Assembly (NCBI GenBank): GCA_034006035.1
Contig: JAVETN010000003.1
Span: 74,472-138,471, forward strand
DNA: 64,000 nucleotides
Reading direction: 5' to 3'
Origin: Desulforegulaceae bacterium
GTDB taxonomy: Bacteria; Desulfobacterota; Desulfobacteria; Desulfobacterales; JACKCP01
The notes beneath the pieces were generated by a model. The model saw only the letters and a list, made by a program, of their open reading frames with translations, was not told the DNA's origin and made no database searches. This document shows, one piece after another, positions 30,331 to 40,762 of the stretch (position 1 is the stretch's first letter; each line of letters opens with the position of its first letter). Both the position numbers and the translations under genes were made by a program.

Positions 30331-30714
30331 TTAAGTGATAATTTTTTCAAGTTTTTCTGAAATAGATTCAGCAGTAAAAGGTTTAACTACATAGTTTGAA
30401 ACCCCGGCCTGAACTGCTTCAATAACATTTTGTTTTTGAGCTTCAGCAGTAACCATTAGAAAAGGTATATCTTTATAGGTGTTATCTGCTCTTACTTTTT
30501 TAAGAAGCTCTATTCCGCTCATTTTTGGCATATTCCAGTCACAGATTATAAGATCAAAGGAGTTTTTTTGTAATTCATCCCATGCTGTACTTCCATCGTC
30601 TGCTTCTGAAATATTTGTAAATCCAATTTGTTTTAATATATTTTTCAGTATTCTACGCATTGTTGAAAAATCATCTACAATAAGAACCTTTTTGGAAACA
30701 TCCATTTTAGGCAA
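30331..30714 (-). CDS. cheY: CheY-like single-domain chemotaxis response regulator
   Basis: 127 aa with VLIVDDFSTMRRI, LIICDWNMPKMSG, MVTAEA and YVVKPF. Confidence 0.85.
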   Translation of the reverse strand: MPKMDVSKKVLIVDDFSTMRRILKNILKQIGFTNISEADDGSTAWDELQKNSFDLIICDWNMPKMSGIELLKKVRADNTYKDIPFLMVTAEAQKQNVIEAVQAGVSNYVVKPFTAESISEKLEKIIT

Positions 30715-30778
30715 CCTCCTGAGTTATTCTAAAGGGCATTTTGTTTTTAATATCACAAAAAATCATATAAAAAATTGA

Positions 30779-32128
30779 TTAAAAATCTATTGAACCCGGT
30801 GTTCTTGGAAAAGGTATAACATCTCTTATATTTGAAATACCTGTAATAAGCATGATTAATCTTTCAAAACCTACTCCAAATCCGCTGTGATAAACACTTC
30901 CGTATTTTCTGGAATCAAGATACCACCAATATTCTTCTTTGTTTATTGAGCATTCTTCCATTCTTTTTAAAAGAAATTCATATCTTTCCTCTCTTTGACT
31001 TCCTCCTATAAGTTCTCCAATTTTTGGTACAAGAAGATCCATTGCAGCCACTGTTTTATTATCGTTGTTAATTCTCATATAAAACGGTTTTATGGTTTTT
31101 GGGTAATCATATACAAAAACAGGTTTTTTAAACTCTGTTTCTGTTATAAACCTTTCATGTTCAGTTTGAAGGTCTGCTCCGTAAATCGGCTCATATTGAA
31201 ATTTTTTTCCCGATTTTTTTAAAATTTCAACAGCTTCTGAATATGAAATTCTTAGAAATCGGTTTTCCAATATGTTTTCAAGAGTTTGAAATAAAGTTTT
31301 ATCCACAAATTTGTTAAATAATTCAAGATCTTCACTGCAATTTTTCCTTGTTTGAATAATTATATTTTTTATAAATTCTTCTGCAAGATCCATGTTTTGT
31401 TCAAGATCACAAAAAGCCATTTCCGGTTCAATCATCCAAAATTCTGCAGCGTGTCTAGATGTATTTGAGTTTTCTGCACGAAAAGTCGGCCCAAATGTAT
31501 AAACATCTCCAAGGGAAAGAGCCATCATTTCTGCTTCAAGCTGACCTGAAACTGTAAGGTATACAGGTTTTGAGAAAAAAGACCCGTTTTTTAAAGCATC
31601 TGAAGAAACTGAAAACATATCGCCAGCTCCTTCACAATCAGAGGCTGTGATAATTGGAGTATGAATATAGTTGAATCCTTTTTTATAAAAAAAAGAGTGA
31701 ACTGCCTGTGAAATCTCTGATCTTATTCTGAAAACAGCACCAAACTTATTGGTTCTTGGTCTTAAATGGGCAATGGATCTTAAAAATTCATCTGAATGCC
31801 TTTTTTTCTGTAAAGGGAAATCATCAGGGGCAATATTGTGGAATTTAATTTTTTCTGCCTGAACTTCCCATTTTTGACCTTTTCCCGGAGATCTTACCAC
31901 TTTTCCAAAAACAGAGATAGACGAACCTGTTGTAAGTTTTCCTATTCTTTCATACTTTTCAAGGGATGAGTCTGCAATTACTTGTATGTTTGAAAGGCAG
32001 GAACCATCATTTAATTCAATAAATGAAAATGCCTTAGAATCTCTTTTTGTTCGTATCCATCCACCTATAAAAACTTTTTCAGGGGGATGGTCTGTTTCAA
32101 TAAATTCTTTTATTTTTATTCTTTTCAT
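30779..32128 (-). CDS. asnS: Asparagine--tRNA ligase
   Basis: 449 aa class IIb aaRS: an N-terminal OB fold ([22 protein letters not shown]), motif 2 [21 protein letters not shown] and motif 3 GFGVGFERL. Confidence 0.9.
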   Translation of the reverse strand: MKRIKIKEFIETDHPPEKVFIGGWIRTKRDSKAFSFIELNDGSCLSNIQVIADSSLEKYERIGKLTTGSSISVFGKVVRSPGKGQKWEVQAEKIKFHNIAPDDFPLQKKRHSDEFLRSIAHLRPRTNKFGAVFRIRSEISQAVHSFFYKKGFNYIHTPIITASDCEGAGDMFSVSSDALKNGSFFSKPVYLTVSGQLEAEMMALSLGDVYTFGPTFRAENSNTSRHAAEFWMIEPEMAFCDLEQNMDLAEEFIKNIIIQTRKNCSEDLELFNKFVDKTLFQTLENILENRFLRISYSEAVEILKKSGKKFQYEPIYGADLQTEHERFITETEFKKPVFVYDYPKTIKPFYMRINNDNKTVAAMDLLVPKIGELIGGSQREERYEFLLKRMEECSINKEEYWWYLDSRKYGSVYHSGFGVGFERLIMLITGISNIRDVIPFPRTPGSIDF

Positions 32129-32170
32129 TTTTTCTACTTTTTATAAACTTATTAAAATAAATATATAACA

Positions 32171-33154
32171 TTATTGGACTTGTTTAACAACAGATGAGGC
32201 TTTTACAAATTCAAACTCTTTTTTCATTTCAGCAATATTTTTTTCCAGTGATTTTATTGTTGAATCATAGGGGTGTCCTATACCAACTGCATAACCTCTG
32301 TGAAAGGCAATATTTTTAAGTTTCTGAATTTGTCTGTTAATATAGTTGATATCTTGAATATTATCGAGAAACACATCTCTTTTTGCAAAATCAACTTTAA
32401 ACATTCTGGCAGATTCAATACATTTGCTTTCAGGATTTGTAAGAGAGTCTACAAAAAACAGCTCTCTTTTTTTTATTATTGTAAAAACCTGATTCATAAT
32501 ATCGGAGTTTGCAGTAAGTTTTGACCCCATATGATTGTTTACTCCTTTTATGAAAGGCAGATAATCCAGATCATTTTTAAGGGTTCTAATAATTTGGTCA
32601 GGATCCATTTTTGATAAAAGCGCTCCGGGACCGGGATCAATTTCAGGATACTCTATTGGTTCCATAGGGATATGAAGCATAAATTCTGTTTTGGAATTAG
32701 ATGCTTTTTTTGCAATTTCCTTTGCAAAGGGAGAAAAAGGAAGAATAGAAAGGGTGATATTTATTCCTAAATTTGAAAGTCTGTATGCGTTTTTTTTATC
32801 AAAGCCTATATCATCAATAATTATGCATATTTTCGGGAGACCTTTGTAGTCTGATTTTTTATCGGGGATAGATTTTTCTTCAGCTTTGTTATAAATTTCA
32901 TATAAAATTTTTTTCTCGGACTGAATTTTTTTATCAATATTTGTTTTTATAGGTTTTTTTACAGAAATTGTTTTATTGGAGCTTTTTGCAATATAATTGT
33001 TTTTTAAATCCTTTTTTAAAGGAGGAAATAGAAAATAAAAGCTTGTAAAAGAGATTAAACAGAAAAATATAAGTATAAAGATAGAAATAAAAAATTTTTT
33101 TAAAGTGTCGAATTTTTTATTTCTATTTGCTTTTTTTTTATCCATTGGTTCCAA
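32171..33154 (-). CDS. Divergent polysaccharide deacetylase family protein (YibQ-like)
   Basis: N-terminal TM, then ICIIIDDIGFD, TLSILPFSPFAKEIA, MLHIPMEP and GVNNHMGS. Confidence 0.8.
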   Translation of the reverse strand: MEPMDKKKANRNKKFDTLKKFFISIFILIFFCLISFTSFYFLFPPLKKDLKNNYIAKSSNKTISVKKPIKTNIDKKIQSEKKILYEIYNKAEEKSIPDKKSDYKGLPKICIIIDDIGFDKKNAYRLSNLGINITLSILPFSPFAKEIAKKASNSKTEFMLHIPMEPIEYPEIDPGPGALLSKMDPDQIIRTLKNDLDYLPFIKGVNNHMGSKLTANSDIMNQVFTIIKKRELFFVDSLTNPESKCIESARMFKVDFAKRDVFLDNIQDINYINRQIQKLKNIAFHRGYAVGIGHPYDSTIKSLEKNIAEMKKEFEFVKASSVVKQVQ

Positions 33155-33478
33155 ATCTTTATATCTATGGTAATATTTAAAATTTTATTTTGCAAAAAGT
33201 ATCTAAAAAATTTGAATATTTTTTATTTTTGAGTCACTTTTATCAAAGATTTATTGTTTTTGTAAACTATAACTGCTTTAAAAGATAAAGTAAAAATTTA
33301 AGAGAATCCCTGTTTTTTTAGATCTAATTATTGTTATCATCTCTATTACCTTGATAATTTTTCTTATTTCTGATTTTAAAGCGGTAATATCATATTGATA
33401 ATTAAAAAAATTTCAAGAATTTCTATATTTATATAAAAACTTTAAGGAAAAACAATTTAAAATAAAAAGGAAAAGAGC

Positions 33479-34108
33479 ATGAAAAAAATTATTTTGTTTT
33501 TAATATTTTTTTCGTTGACTTTGGAAGCTTTTGGAGCATCTCTTTATGTTACAGATTCTTTTGAAGTAACATTGCGAACAGGAATGGGAACAAAACATAA
33601 AATTTTAGGAATGGTACCTTCTGGAGAAAAGCTTGAGGTCCTTGAGTACGGAGATCAATGGACAAAGGTTAAAAGGTCAAACGGGATAGAAGGATATATT
33701 CTTACAAGGTTTTTAATGGACGAAGAACCAAATTTTAAAAAATTTTCATCTCTTACTTTGAAGTTTGAGGCTCTTTCTTTGGAAAATGAGAAAAATAAAG
33801 AAGAGCTTAAAGCTTTGAGAGAAGAAAATTCTGAACTAAAAAGGGATCTTAATTCCGTGGGGAAAGATTTTCAAGACCTAAACGGAAAATATAAAAAGCT
33901 TAAAGAAGAATCGTCTAATTATCTTAAACTTAAGAAGGAGTTTGAAGAAAAAGCTAAGCTTCTTGAAGAAAAAAATATTGCCACAGCAGAGCTCAAATCA
34001 AAGCTTATGGAAAGAAACGTGAAAATATTTCTTGCTGGAGCCAGTGTACTTCTTCTTGGTTTTATAATCGGAATGAGCACAAAAAAGAAAAAAAGAGGAC
34101 TATACTAA
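33479..34108 (+). CDS. SH3-domain protein with coiled coil and C-terminal TM anchor (TIGR04211/YgiM-like)
   Basis: Signal peptide, bacterial SH3 (LYVTDSFEVTLRTGMGTKHKILGMVPSGEKLEVLE), coiled coil and a terminal TM. Confidence 0.7.
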   Translation: MKKIILFLIFFSLTLEAFGASLYVTDSFEVTLRTGMGTKHKILGMVPSGEKLEVLEYGDQWTKVKRSNGIEGYILTRFLMDEEPNFKKFSSLTLKFEALSLENEKNKEELKALREENSELKRDLNSVGKDFQDLNGKYKKLKEESSNYLKLKKEFEEKAKLLEEKNIATAELKSKLMERNVKIFLAGASVLLLGFIIGMSTKKKKRGLY

Positions 34109-34222
34109 TACTAGCTGAAAAAATAAAACTGTCATTTTGTCGTTCTTGAGTGGATTTAAATTATCTGGAGCTAAGATAAAGTTTTAGTCAATTATTATAA
34201 TAATTATAAGAAAGAACTTGTT

Positions 34223-35830
34223 ATGGAGATTAAAACGGATTTTCTTGTCATAGGAAGCGGTGTTGCAGGTCTTATGTTTGCACTTAAGGTGGCTGACAGT
34301 GGAAAAGTGAGTGTAGTAACCAAAAAAGATATTTTTGAAACAAACACATCAAAGGCTCAGGGAGGGGTTGCCTCTGTTTTTGATGATAAGGATTCCTTTG
34401 AGCTTCATATTAAAGATACTCTTGAGGCAGGTGATGGTCTTTGCAGTGAGGAAGTAACTGAAATGGTTGTATCTGAAGGACCTCATATGATCCAGGAACT
34501 TATAGACATGGGAGTGGAATTTGATCGGATTGAAGCTGACCAAACAAAACTTGACCTTGGAAGAGAAGGCGGTCATTCAGCTGAAAGAATAGTACATTCA
34601 GTTGATATGACAGGAATGGAAATCCAGAAAGTATTGGTTGAAAAGATAAAAAATCACCCAAATATCGATGTTTATGAAAATCATATAGCAATAGATCTTA
34701 TCACCAAATCAACAGTGATAAACAGAGGGATGATTGTTACAACCTGCGAAAGAGAATGTACAGGGGCTTATATTCTTGACAAGATAACTAATTCAGTAAA
34801 AAGCTTTAGTGCAAGAAAAACAGTTCTTGCCTGTGGAGGAAGTGGAAAAGTTTATCTTTATACAAGCAACCCCGATGTTGCAACAGGAGACGGAATAGCC
34901 ATGGCATTCAGAGCAGGGGCCAGTGTTGCAAATCTTGAGTTTGTTCAATTTCACCCAACCTGTCTTTTTCATCCCAAAGCAAAAAGTTTTCTTATCTCAG
35001 AAGCTGTGCGGGGAGAAGGTGCTGTTTTAAGAGATGGCAGAGGTAAGAGATTTATGAAGAAATACAGTCCTCTTGAAGAGCTGGCATGCAGAGATGTTGT
35101 TGCAAGAGCAATAGACCATGAAATGAAAAAATCAGGTGATGATTCAGTATTTCTTGATATCACCCATAAAGATCCTGCTTTTGTAAAGAAAAGATTCCCA
35201 AATCTTTATAAAAAATGTCTTGAATACAATATAGATATGACAAAAGATTATATTCCTGTAGTTCCTGCCGCCCATTATATGTGTGGCGGGGTTGCAACTG
35301 ATCTTAATGGCCACTCAGATATAAAGAACCTTTATGCTGTAGGTGAAACTGCATGCACAGGACTTCATGGAGCAAACAGGCTTGCAAGCAACTCTCTTCT
35401 CGAAGCTCTTGTATATGCTGACAGATCAGCAAAAGATGCCCTTAAAACAACAGATTTTAATACCTTAGTTAAAGATGTTCCAAAATGGGATGAGTCAGGA
35501 ACAACAGACAGTGACGAAGCTATAATGGTTTCTCATAATTGGGATGAAGTAAGGCTTTTTATGTGGAATTATGTGGGAATAGTAAGGTCAGATAAAAGGC
35601 TTGAAAGGGCAAAAAGAAGAATTAAAGCCATCCGCAAGGAAATAAATGAATATTATTGGGATTTTAAGGTTACCCCTGATCTTATAGAGTTAAGAAATAT
35701 AGCTCTTGTTGCAGAGCTTATAATCAAGTGTGCAAGAAAAAGAAAAGAGAGCAGAGGGCTTCATTTTTCAATAGACTATCCTTTTAAAAATGATGAGGAT
35801 ATTCATAATACCATTATCAGTCTGAACTAA
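34223..35830 (+). CDS. nadB: L-aspartate oxidase
   Basis: FLVIGSGVAGL, AQGGVAS, HPTCL, ISEAVRGEGA, GGVATD and HGANRLASNSLLE. Confidence 0.93.
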   Translation: MEIKTDFLVIGSGVAGLMFALKVADSGKVSVVTKKDIFETNTSKAQGGVASVFDDKDSFELHIKDTLEAGDGLCSEEVTEMVVSEGPHMIQELIDMGVEFDRIEADQTKLDLGREGGHSAERIVHSVDMTGMEIQKVLVEKIKNHPNIDVYENHIAIDLITKSTVINRGMIVTTCERECTGAYILDKITNSVKSFSARKTVLACGGSGKVYLYTSNPDVATGDGIAMAFRAGASVANLEFVQFHPTCLFHPKAKSFLISEAVRGEGAVLRDGRGKRFMKKYSPLEELACRDVVARAIDHEMKKSGDDSVFLDITHKDPAFVKKRFPNLYKKCLEYNIDMTKDYIPVVPAAHYMCGGVATDLNGHSDIKNLYAVGETACTGLHGANRLASNSLLEALVYADRSAKDALKTTDFNTLVKDVPKWDESGTTDSDEAIMVSHNWDEVRLFMWNYVGIVRSDKRLERAKRRIKAIRKEINEYYWDFKVTPDLIELRNIALVAELIIKCARKRKESRGLHFSIDYPFKNDEDIHNTIISLN

Positions 35831-35863
35831 ATAAACAGCTTTTTTTAGCCGGTCACAAAACTT

Positions 35864-35895
35864 AAACCTCAAAATAATTGAATATTTTGAGGTTT
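35864..35895. terminator. 13-bp stem hairpin between convergent nadB and the 5'-nucleotidase gene
   Basis: AAACCTCAAAATA (35864-35876) pairs with TATTTTGAGGTTT (35883-35895). Confidence 0.55.
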
Positions 35896-35913
35896 AAATT
35901 TGAGACTAAAATT

Positions 35914-37920
35914 TTAATAAATCTGAATTATCCTTGCCCTGTTAACATCATTTACTTCAATATCATAAGCTTTTTGAGGGGTTCCATGAAAACATTTAAG
36001 ATATTCAGCAAAAGCATCCTGTTCGCCTCCTGTTACAGCAAAAGAGCTTTCCTGTGGATCTTTTGAAAAATCAACCCCTTGGTTTAACCCTTCTCCTTTA
36101 AAAAGATTTATTCTTTCAGGTGAGGAAAGTAAGTTAAAAGGATAGGAATTGCCCCCATCTGCAAGAAAAGATAAGGTTACAAGTCTGAATTTTCGTTTAG
36201 GATCTCCAATAATTTTCCCATTAGAAACAAGATGGTCTTTGATAGTAAAGTCTTTATTTAAAACTTCCAGTTCAATAATTCTATTTCCTGTTCCCTTTGA
36301 AGTTCTTGGTTTTTTGTTCAGATCATAAGCTATTCTCATTCCTGCAATCTGGGGAAATTGTCCTGGGTATTCACCTTCACCGCTAGCTGAAACAGAATGC
36401 TCCATTATGTCTTTTAGTTCCTTTGCTGTAACTGAAAAAGACACAAGGCCATTGTCAAATTTAAGAACTGCTCTTAAATGACCTTCTGAGATTGCCCCTT
36501 TTTTGGTTCCTGCTTCTTCATTTTCAGGGGGAGGAGTTAAGGTTAGATCTTTTGGATCTGTTGAGCCCGGGGGAACAATTGCATTTCCAATTTCTGTTCT
36601 TATTCCGCCTCCGTTTTTTACTGAAATATCAATATGAGAGTCTGAAAGAAGGTTGGCGTACCATAAATTTGCGTCTGAGGTAAGGTTTCCAAGATTTGTT
36701 TCACCAGTTCTTACTTTTGAGTTTCTTCCCTCAAGAAAGACATTTGTAAATCCAAGAACATTTGAGTATTGTGATTTTATAACTTCTTGAATTGCATCTC
36801 TTATTTCAATGATTTTCTGATCAGGGGTTCCTGAAAATAAAATTGTATTTTCATTTGTTGACGCAATGGGTCCGTTTAAGTCAGGGTCAAGTTTTGAAGT
36901 AAGAATAATTCCTTTATAATTAAAATCAGTAACAAGTCTTCCAAGATATTTGTAATCAGCATCAACATTTACAACTAGAACCGGTTCGTTGGAAGCAGAG
37001 CTGATTAAGAGTGGATAGCTGTCTTTTGCCTCATCTCCGGGTAAAAGGATATCATTTTCATCTGCAAGAATAGTGTTTGAACCGCCGGCAACAATTATAT
37101 CCACATTTTTAAGAAGGGAGGCTAATTCTTTTTCAATTGAAATCTGCTGCATATGGGCAAGAAGAATGATTTTGTTTATTTGTTTTTCTGAAAGTTCATC
37201 AACATATTTTTGAATTATTTGGGCAAGTTCTTTTATATCTGAGCCTTGAGAAGGAAAAACTTCAATCTTGCCTGTGGAAGTGATACTTGGAAATTCAGGA
37301 GAGGATGCCCCCACTATTCCTATTTTTTCTCCGTTAATTTCGATAAAGGTTGATTTTGCCAACTTTCCTGCGAGGTTTTCTATTGATTGACAGCTTTTTT
37401 CAATTTCAACATCTGTTCCCGGGCCAAAAAAAGGCTCTTTTGAAAAATCCATATTGCATACAAGATGAGGGAACCAAGCCTTACTTGAACTATTGTCAGC
37501 ACTTATTGCACCTGCAAAAGCTTCAGGGCCTGCGTCAAGCTCATGGTTTCCAACAGCTGAGGCCATTACTCCAAGTCTGTTTAAAATTGCCATGTCCGCA
37601 CTTCCCGGATTATTGCTGTTTGTAAGAACACTTACTTTATCATGCTCAGCTGAATAAAATCTTGGGCCCTGGATAATATTATCTCCAGAGCTTACAATAA
37701 TGGTAGGGTAATCAGAGTTATTTTTAATGCCGTTGATTATTGATGAAAAATTATCAAGATTTTTAAGGGCTTTGTCTTCATTTCCGTCTATATCTGAAAA
37801 ATGAAGAAGCTGGAGTGTAAATGCGGTTTCAGCCTGGTTTTTGTTCGAACTTAAAGAAGAGCAGCCAACTGATATGGCTAAAGTTACTATAGCATAAAGA
37901 ATAAAAAGTTTATTTTTCAT
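35914..37920 (-). CDS. Bifunctional metallophosphatase/5'-nucleotidase family lipoprotein
   Basis: Lipobox LAISVGCSS, metallophosphoesterase motifs LLHFSDIDG, GDN and GNHELD, and a C-terminal 5'-nucleotidase domain. Confidence 0.85.
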   Translation of the reverse strand: MKNKLFILYAIVTLAISVGCSSLSSNKNQAETAFTLQLLHFSDIDGNEDKALKNLDNFSSIINGIKNNSDYPTIIVSSGDNIIQGPRFYSAEHDKVSVLTNSNNPGSADMAILNRLGVMASAVGNHELDAGPEAFAGAISADNSSSKAWFPHLVCNMDFSKEPFFGPGTDVEIEKSCQSIENLAGKLAKSTFIEINGEKIGIVGASSPEFPSITSTGKIEVFPSQGSDIKELAQIIQKYVDELSEKQINKIILLAHMQQISIEKELASLLKNVDIIVAGGSNTILADENDILLPGDEAKDSYPLLISSASNEPVLVVNVDADYKYLGRLVTDFNYKGIILTSKLDPDLNGPIASTNENTILFSGTPDQKIIEIRDAIQEVIKSQYSNVLGFTNVFLEGRNSKVRTGETNLGNLTSDANLWYANLLSDSHIDISVKNGGGIRTEIGNAIVPPGSTDPKDLTLTPPPENEEAGTKKGAISEGHLRAVLKFDNGLVSFSVTAKELKDIMEHSVSASGEGEYPGQFPQIAGMRIAYDLNKKPRTSKGTGNRIIELEVLNKDFTIKDHLVSNGKIIGDPKRKFRLVTLSFLADGGNSYPFNLLSSPERINLFKGEGLNQGVDFSKDPQESSFAVTGGEQDAFAEYLKCFHGTPQKAYDIEVNDVNRARIIQIY

Positions 37921-38135
37921 TGTTAATTCCAGTTAATTGGTTGATTGGATTTTAGGATCATTGTGAACAGCCGTTTACAATAAAAAAGTGAATAGTTTTT
38001 TCAGATTCTTTAGTTAAAATAGGACATTATTAGCTGATTGAATAGCAAAAATAATAAATTCAGACAACGTAATTTATAGAGAAATTGAACCAGGATAGTT
38101 TAATATTAATATTTTGGTTTTAAAGTTAAATTTTT

Positions 38136-38483
38136 TTATATTTCCCTTGCAATTTCTGCAACAAGCAATGGTTTATTGTTTTTATCAATAGCTGCAACAG
38201 CTGTATAGCCTTCAAATTTTTTTGAAAACCCTTCAGGATAATCAACCTGGCTGAGATTGAAAATATTTTCTCCAGTTTCAAAAGTTTTTAAAGTATGGCA
38301 GTTTTCGCAGGGAGTATCTCTTTTCATATAAACCTTATGACATTTTTTATTAAGAGGAGGCTCAAGAGCTGCTTCTATGGCTTTTTTATTTGCCCATACA
38401 ATATTTAATTCTTTATCTAACACAATAATTACTTCAGGAAGAATCTCTGTTATTTTTTCAAAATCTATTGTAATCTTTTCCAT
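38136..38483 (-). CDS. Small stand-alone PAS-like protein with a Cys/His cluster
   Basis: LPEVIIVLDKELNIVWANKKA (PAS N-cap/beta) followed by CHKVYMKRDTPCENCH. Confidence 0.5.
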   Translation of the reverse strand: MEKITIDFEKITEILPEVIIVLDKELNIVWANKKAIEAALEPPLNKKCHKVYMKRDTPCENCHTLKTFETGENIFNLSQVDYPEGFSKKFEGYTAVAAIDKNNKPLLVAEIAREI

Positions 38484-38522
38484 TAAATGCCCTTTTTAGC
38501 TTTTATTTATGAGGTTACTTTT

Positions 38523-39368
38523 ATGCTTTATAGTAGTTTTTTTCATATACCGACAATCGGTACTGCCACAGAAAAAAAAATCTGGGATTGTGGTATTTGT
38601 TCAATGGATGATTTTTTAAATTCACCTCCTGATTTTATTTCTAAAAAAAAGAAAGAATTTATTTTTGATCATATAAAATTATCAAAGGAAAAAATACAAA
38701 TCAATGATCCAGTGTATTTTATTGAAAATCTTCCCCCAAAAGAACATTGGAGAATTTTCAACCAATATAGAAATTCATCTGTTTATCTTGATATAGAAAC
38801 AACAGGCCTTGATTTTTACCATAGCCATATAACTTCAATTGCAATCTACGACGGAAAAAAAATAAAATATTATGTTTATGGTAAAAACCTGAATGATTTT
38901 ATTAATGACATTAAAGACTACAAAGTAATAATAACTTATAATGGCAAATCATTTGATATTCCATTTATTGAAAAATTTTTTAATATTTCTTTAAACCATG
39001 CCCACCTTGATTTAAGGTATATTTTAAAAAGTCTTGGATTTTCCGGAGGGCTTAAATCCTGTGAACGCCAATTTGGAATAGAAAGAAAAGATCTTCTTTC
39101 TGAATTAGATGGTATTTTTGCAGTGGAACTCTGGAATGATTATCTAAGAAGGAAAAATATTAAAGCTCTTGAAACTCTTTTATCATATAATATTGAAGAT
39201 GTGCTTAATCTTGAACACCTGATGGTGGAAGCCTATAATAAAAAAATACTTGAAACACCGGCAAGGTTATTTCCTCTTTTGCACAAAGAAAAACCTGCAA
39301 ACCCCTTTAAAATTGATTATAGCACAATGGAGTATGTACAAAAGGTGGTATCCATAAACTGGTGTTGA
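38523..39368 (+). CDS. RNase H-like (YprB/COG3359-type) predicted exonuclease
   Basis: VYLDIETTGLD ... ITYNGKSFDIPF ... YNIEDV, a DEDD-like pattern. The start is set at MLYSS (GAGG 7 nt upstream). The longer ORF begins at 38487. Confidence 0.65.
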   Translation: MLYSSFFHIPTIGTATEKKIWDCGICSMDDFLNSPPDFISKKKKEFIFDHIKLSKEKIQINDPVYFIENLPPKEHWRIFNQYRNSSVYLDIETTGLDFYHSHITSIAIYDGKKIKYYVYGKNLNDFINDIKDYKVIITYNGKSFDIPFIEKFFNISLNHAHLDLRYILKSLGFSGGLKSCERQFGIERKDLLSELDGIFAVELWNDYLRRKNIKALETLLSYNIEDVLNLEHLMVEAYNKKILETPARLFPLLHKEKPANPFKIDYSTMEYVQKVVSINWC

Positions 39369-39381
39369 AATTTTTTTGGTG

Positions 39382-39410
39382 CCCCGGCTTAAATAAACCG
39401 GGGACTTTTC
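39382..39410 (+). terminator. Intrinsic terminator
   Basis: CCCCGG-cttaaataaa-CCGGGG followed by ACTTTTC. Confidence 0.6.
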
Positions 39411-39421
39411 TGCTTATGAAT

Positions 39422-40378
39422 TTATGAGCTCACTATCCATACAGCTTTGTCAAAGGCCATTTGAACGACCTTTTCGCCGACACGTCCTATTATAAAATCC
39501 TGAACTTTGGAAACACCTTTTCTTCCTATAAAAATTGTACCCCAATTCTTTTTTTCAGCAGTTTCGTAGATTCCCAGAGCACGGCTTAGGTAAGATTCAA
39601 TTATCCCTGTATCAGAATTTTTTGGATCAAAACCAAGGCTTTTAAGTTTTTCAACTGCTTTTTCAAGCTCTGGTTCAATTTTTTTGTTTCTGATTTTAAC
39701 TCTTTCATTTTCCATGGACATTGAATCTGGATCAATGTTTGTAAAAAAAAGATTATAATCACCCTGGATTAGCTTTACAGCTCTTGAAACATGCCTTAAA
39801 TGAATCTTTTTGGATGAATTGCAAAAAATCTGACCAGCAAGCTTTACACAAGCTTTTGATCCTTCAGAACCGTCAAAACCGATTAAAATATTTTCTGTTT
39901 CAGGGTTTTCACCAACAAGAACAAGAGTAGTAAAACTAAGTTTTGAAATAAGCTTTGTCGCTACAGAGCCAAGAGGAATATTTCTCATATTGCTAAGCCC
40001 TTTTCTTCCTGCAAAAACAGCAGAGTAGCCTTTTGAGGCCTCAGCAATTATGTCTCTTGTTATTCCTATTTTTCTTGGTTGAGTTTTGATATGGATACTA
40101 TTTTCTGGAAATCCTTCATCAACAAATTTTTGCTTTGCCTTGGAAAGCGTATTTGTAAAAACCTTATTGTGTTTGGTAATCCAGTCTTCCATGGTGTCTC
40201 TGCTCAGACTTTCCTCTGGAATTGCATCTATGTCCCAAAATGACTCGGGAATATCTGTTCCAACAAGGAAAAGAACTATTTCTGAATTGTTTTTAGGAAG
40301 AACCTTTGATGCATAATTAACAGCTTCAAGCGAAGTCTCTGAACCATCCAAAGATATGAGATATTTTTTATTGTCCAT
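39422..40378 (-). CDS. Tandem universal stress protein (two UspA domains)
   Basis: 318 aa with two Usp repeats, each ending in a G-R-x-G...G(S/R)V pattern (AGRKGLSNMRNIPLGSVATKL; IGRKGVSKVQDFIIGRVGEKV). Confidence 0.8.
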   Translation of the reverse strand: MDNKKYLISLDGSETSLEAVNYASKVLPKNNSEIVLFLVGTDIPESFWDIDAIPEESLSRDTMEDWITKHNKVFTNTLSKAKQKFVDEGFPENSIHIKTQPRKIGITRDIIAEASKGYSAVFAGRKGLSNMRNIPLGSVATKLISKLSFTTLVLVGENPETENILIGFDGSEGSKACVKLAGQIFCNSSKKIHLRHVSRAVKLIQGDYNLFFTNIDPDSMSMENERVKIRNKKIEPELEKAVEKLKSLGFDPKNSDTGIIESYLSRALGIYETAEKKNWGTIFIGRKGVSKVQDFIIGRVGEKVVQMAFDKAVWIVSS

Positions 40379-40419
40379 TTAGCACCCCCTGTGCATTAAT
40401 TGTTATTACTCTTGTACAA

Positions 40420-40435
40420 TGCAATCAAGGTGCCA
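40420..40435 (-). promoter_or_regulatory. Sigma-54 (-24/-12) promoter TGGCAC-N5-TTGCA upstream of the tandem usp gene
   Basis: The minus strand reads TGGCACCTTGATTGCA, an exact match to TGGCAC-N5-TTGCW. About 41 nt downstream come SD AGGGGG and the ATG at 40378. Confidence 0.55.
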
Positions 40436-40762
40436 AAAAAAACATTTATTGTTGTTGTAAGAAAACCATTTAATTTCAAGATGTTGTCTTATTACTGGGG
40501 AGAAGTTTTTTGGAGAGGCAAAAAGAAAGTCAATTCATTTACATAAAGTGTAAAATGATTTTACATTTTTTATTAAAATTTTCAGGCTTTAGTTTATAAA
40601 AAATATATTTATATTGTTTTTATCAGTGATTTTGGAAAGCAAAAGGCTTCTTTTCATGGGCAGGGACTTTTCTTTTTATTATTTATGATATAAATTATTC
40701 AGTGAAAAATATTTTTTTAAAACTATTAAATGTTGATAATTTTATCAGTAAAGAGGAAAATC

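Noticed and set aside
37961-37980. Imperfect inverted repeat TTGTGAAC-AGCC-GTTTACAA about 45 nt upstream of the 5'-nucleotidase gene (CRP/FNR- or BirA-like appearance).
   Set aside because: The half-sites differ at one position, and the spacing fits neither the CRP/FNR (TGTGA-N6-TCACA) nor the BirA architecture. It is a single occurrence in an AT-rich region, so it may be chance.
40436-40762. Possible riboswitch (SAM or methionine-salvage related) in the long region upstream of mtnA. This includes the 17-bp palindrome TGTAAAATGATTTTACA at 40549-40565, which is followed by TTTTTT.
   Set aside because: I could not recognise conserved cores of SAM-I, SAM-II or SAM/SAH riboswitches. The palindrome has an all-A/T stem except for one G-C pair, so it is weak both as a terminator and as a structured element. 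An Rfam/Infernal scan would be needed to settle this.
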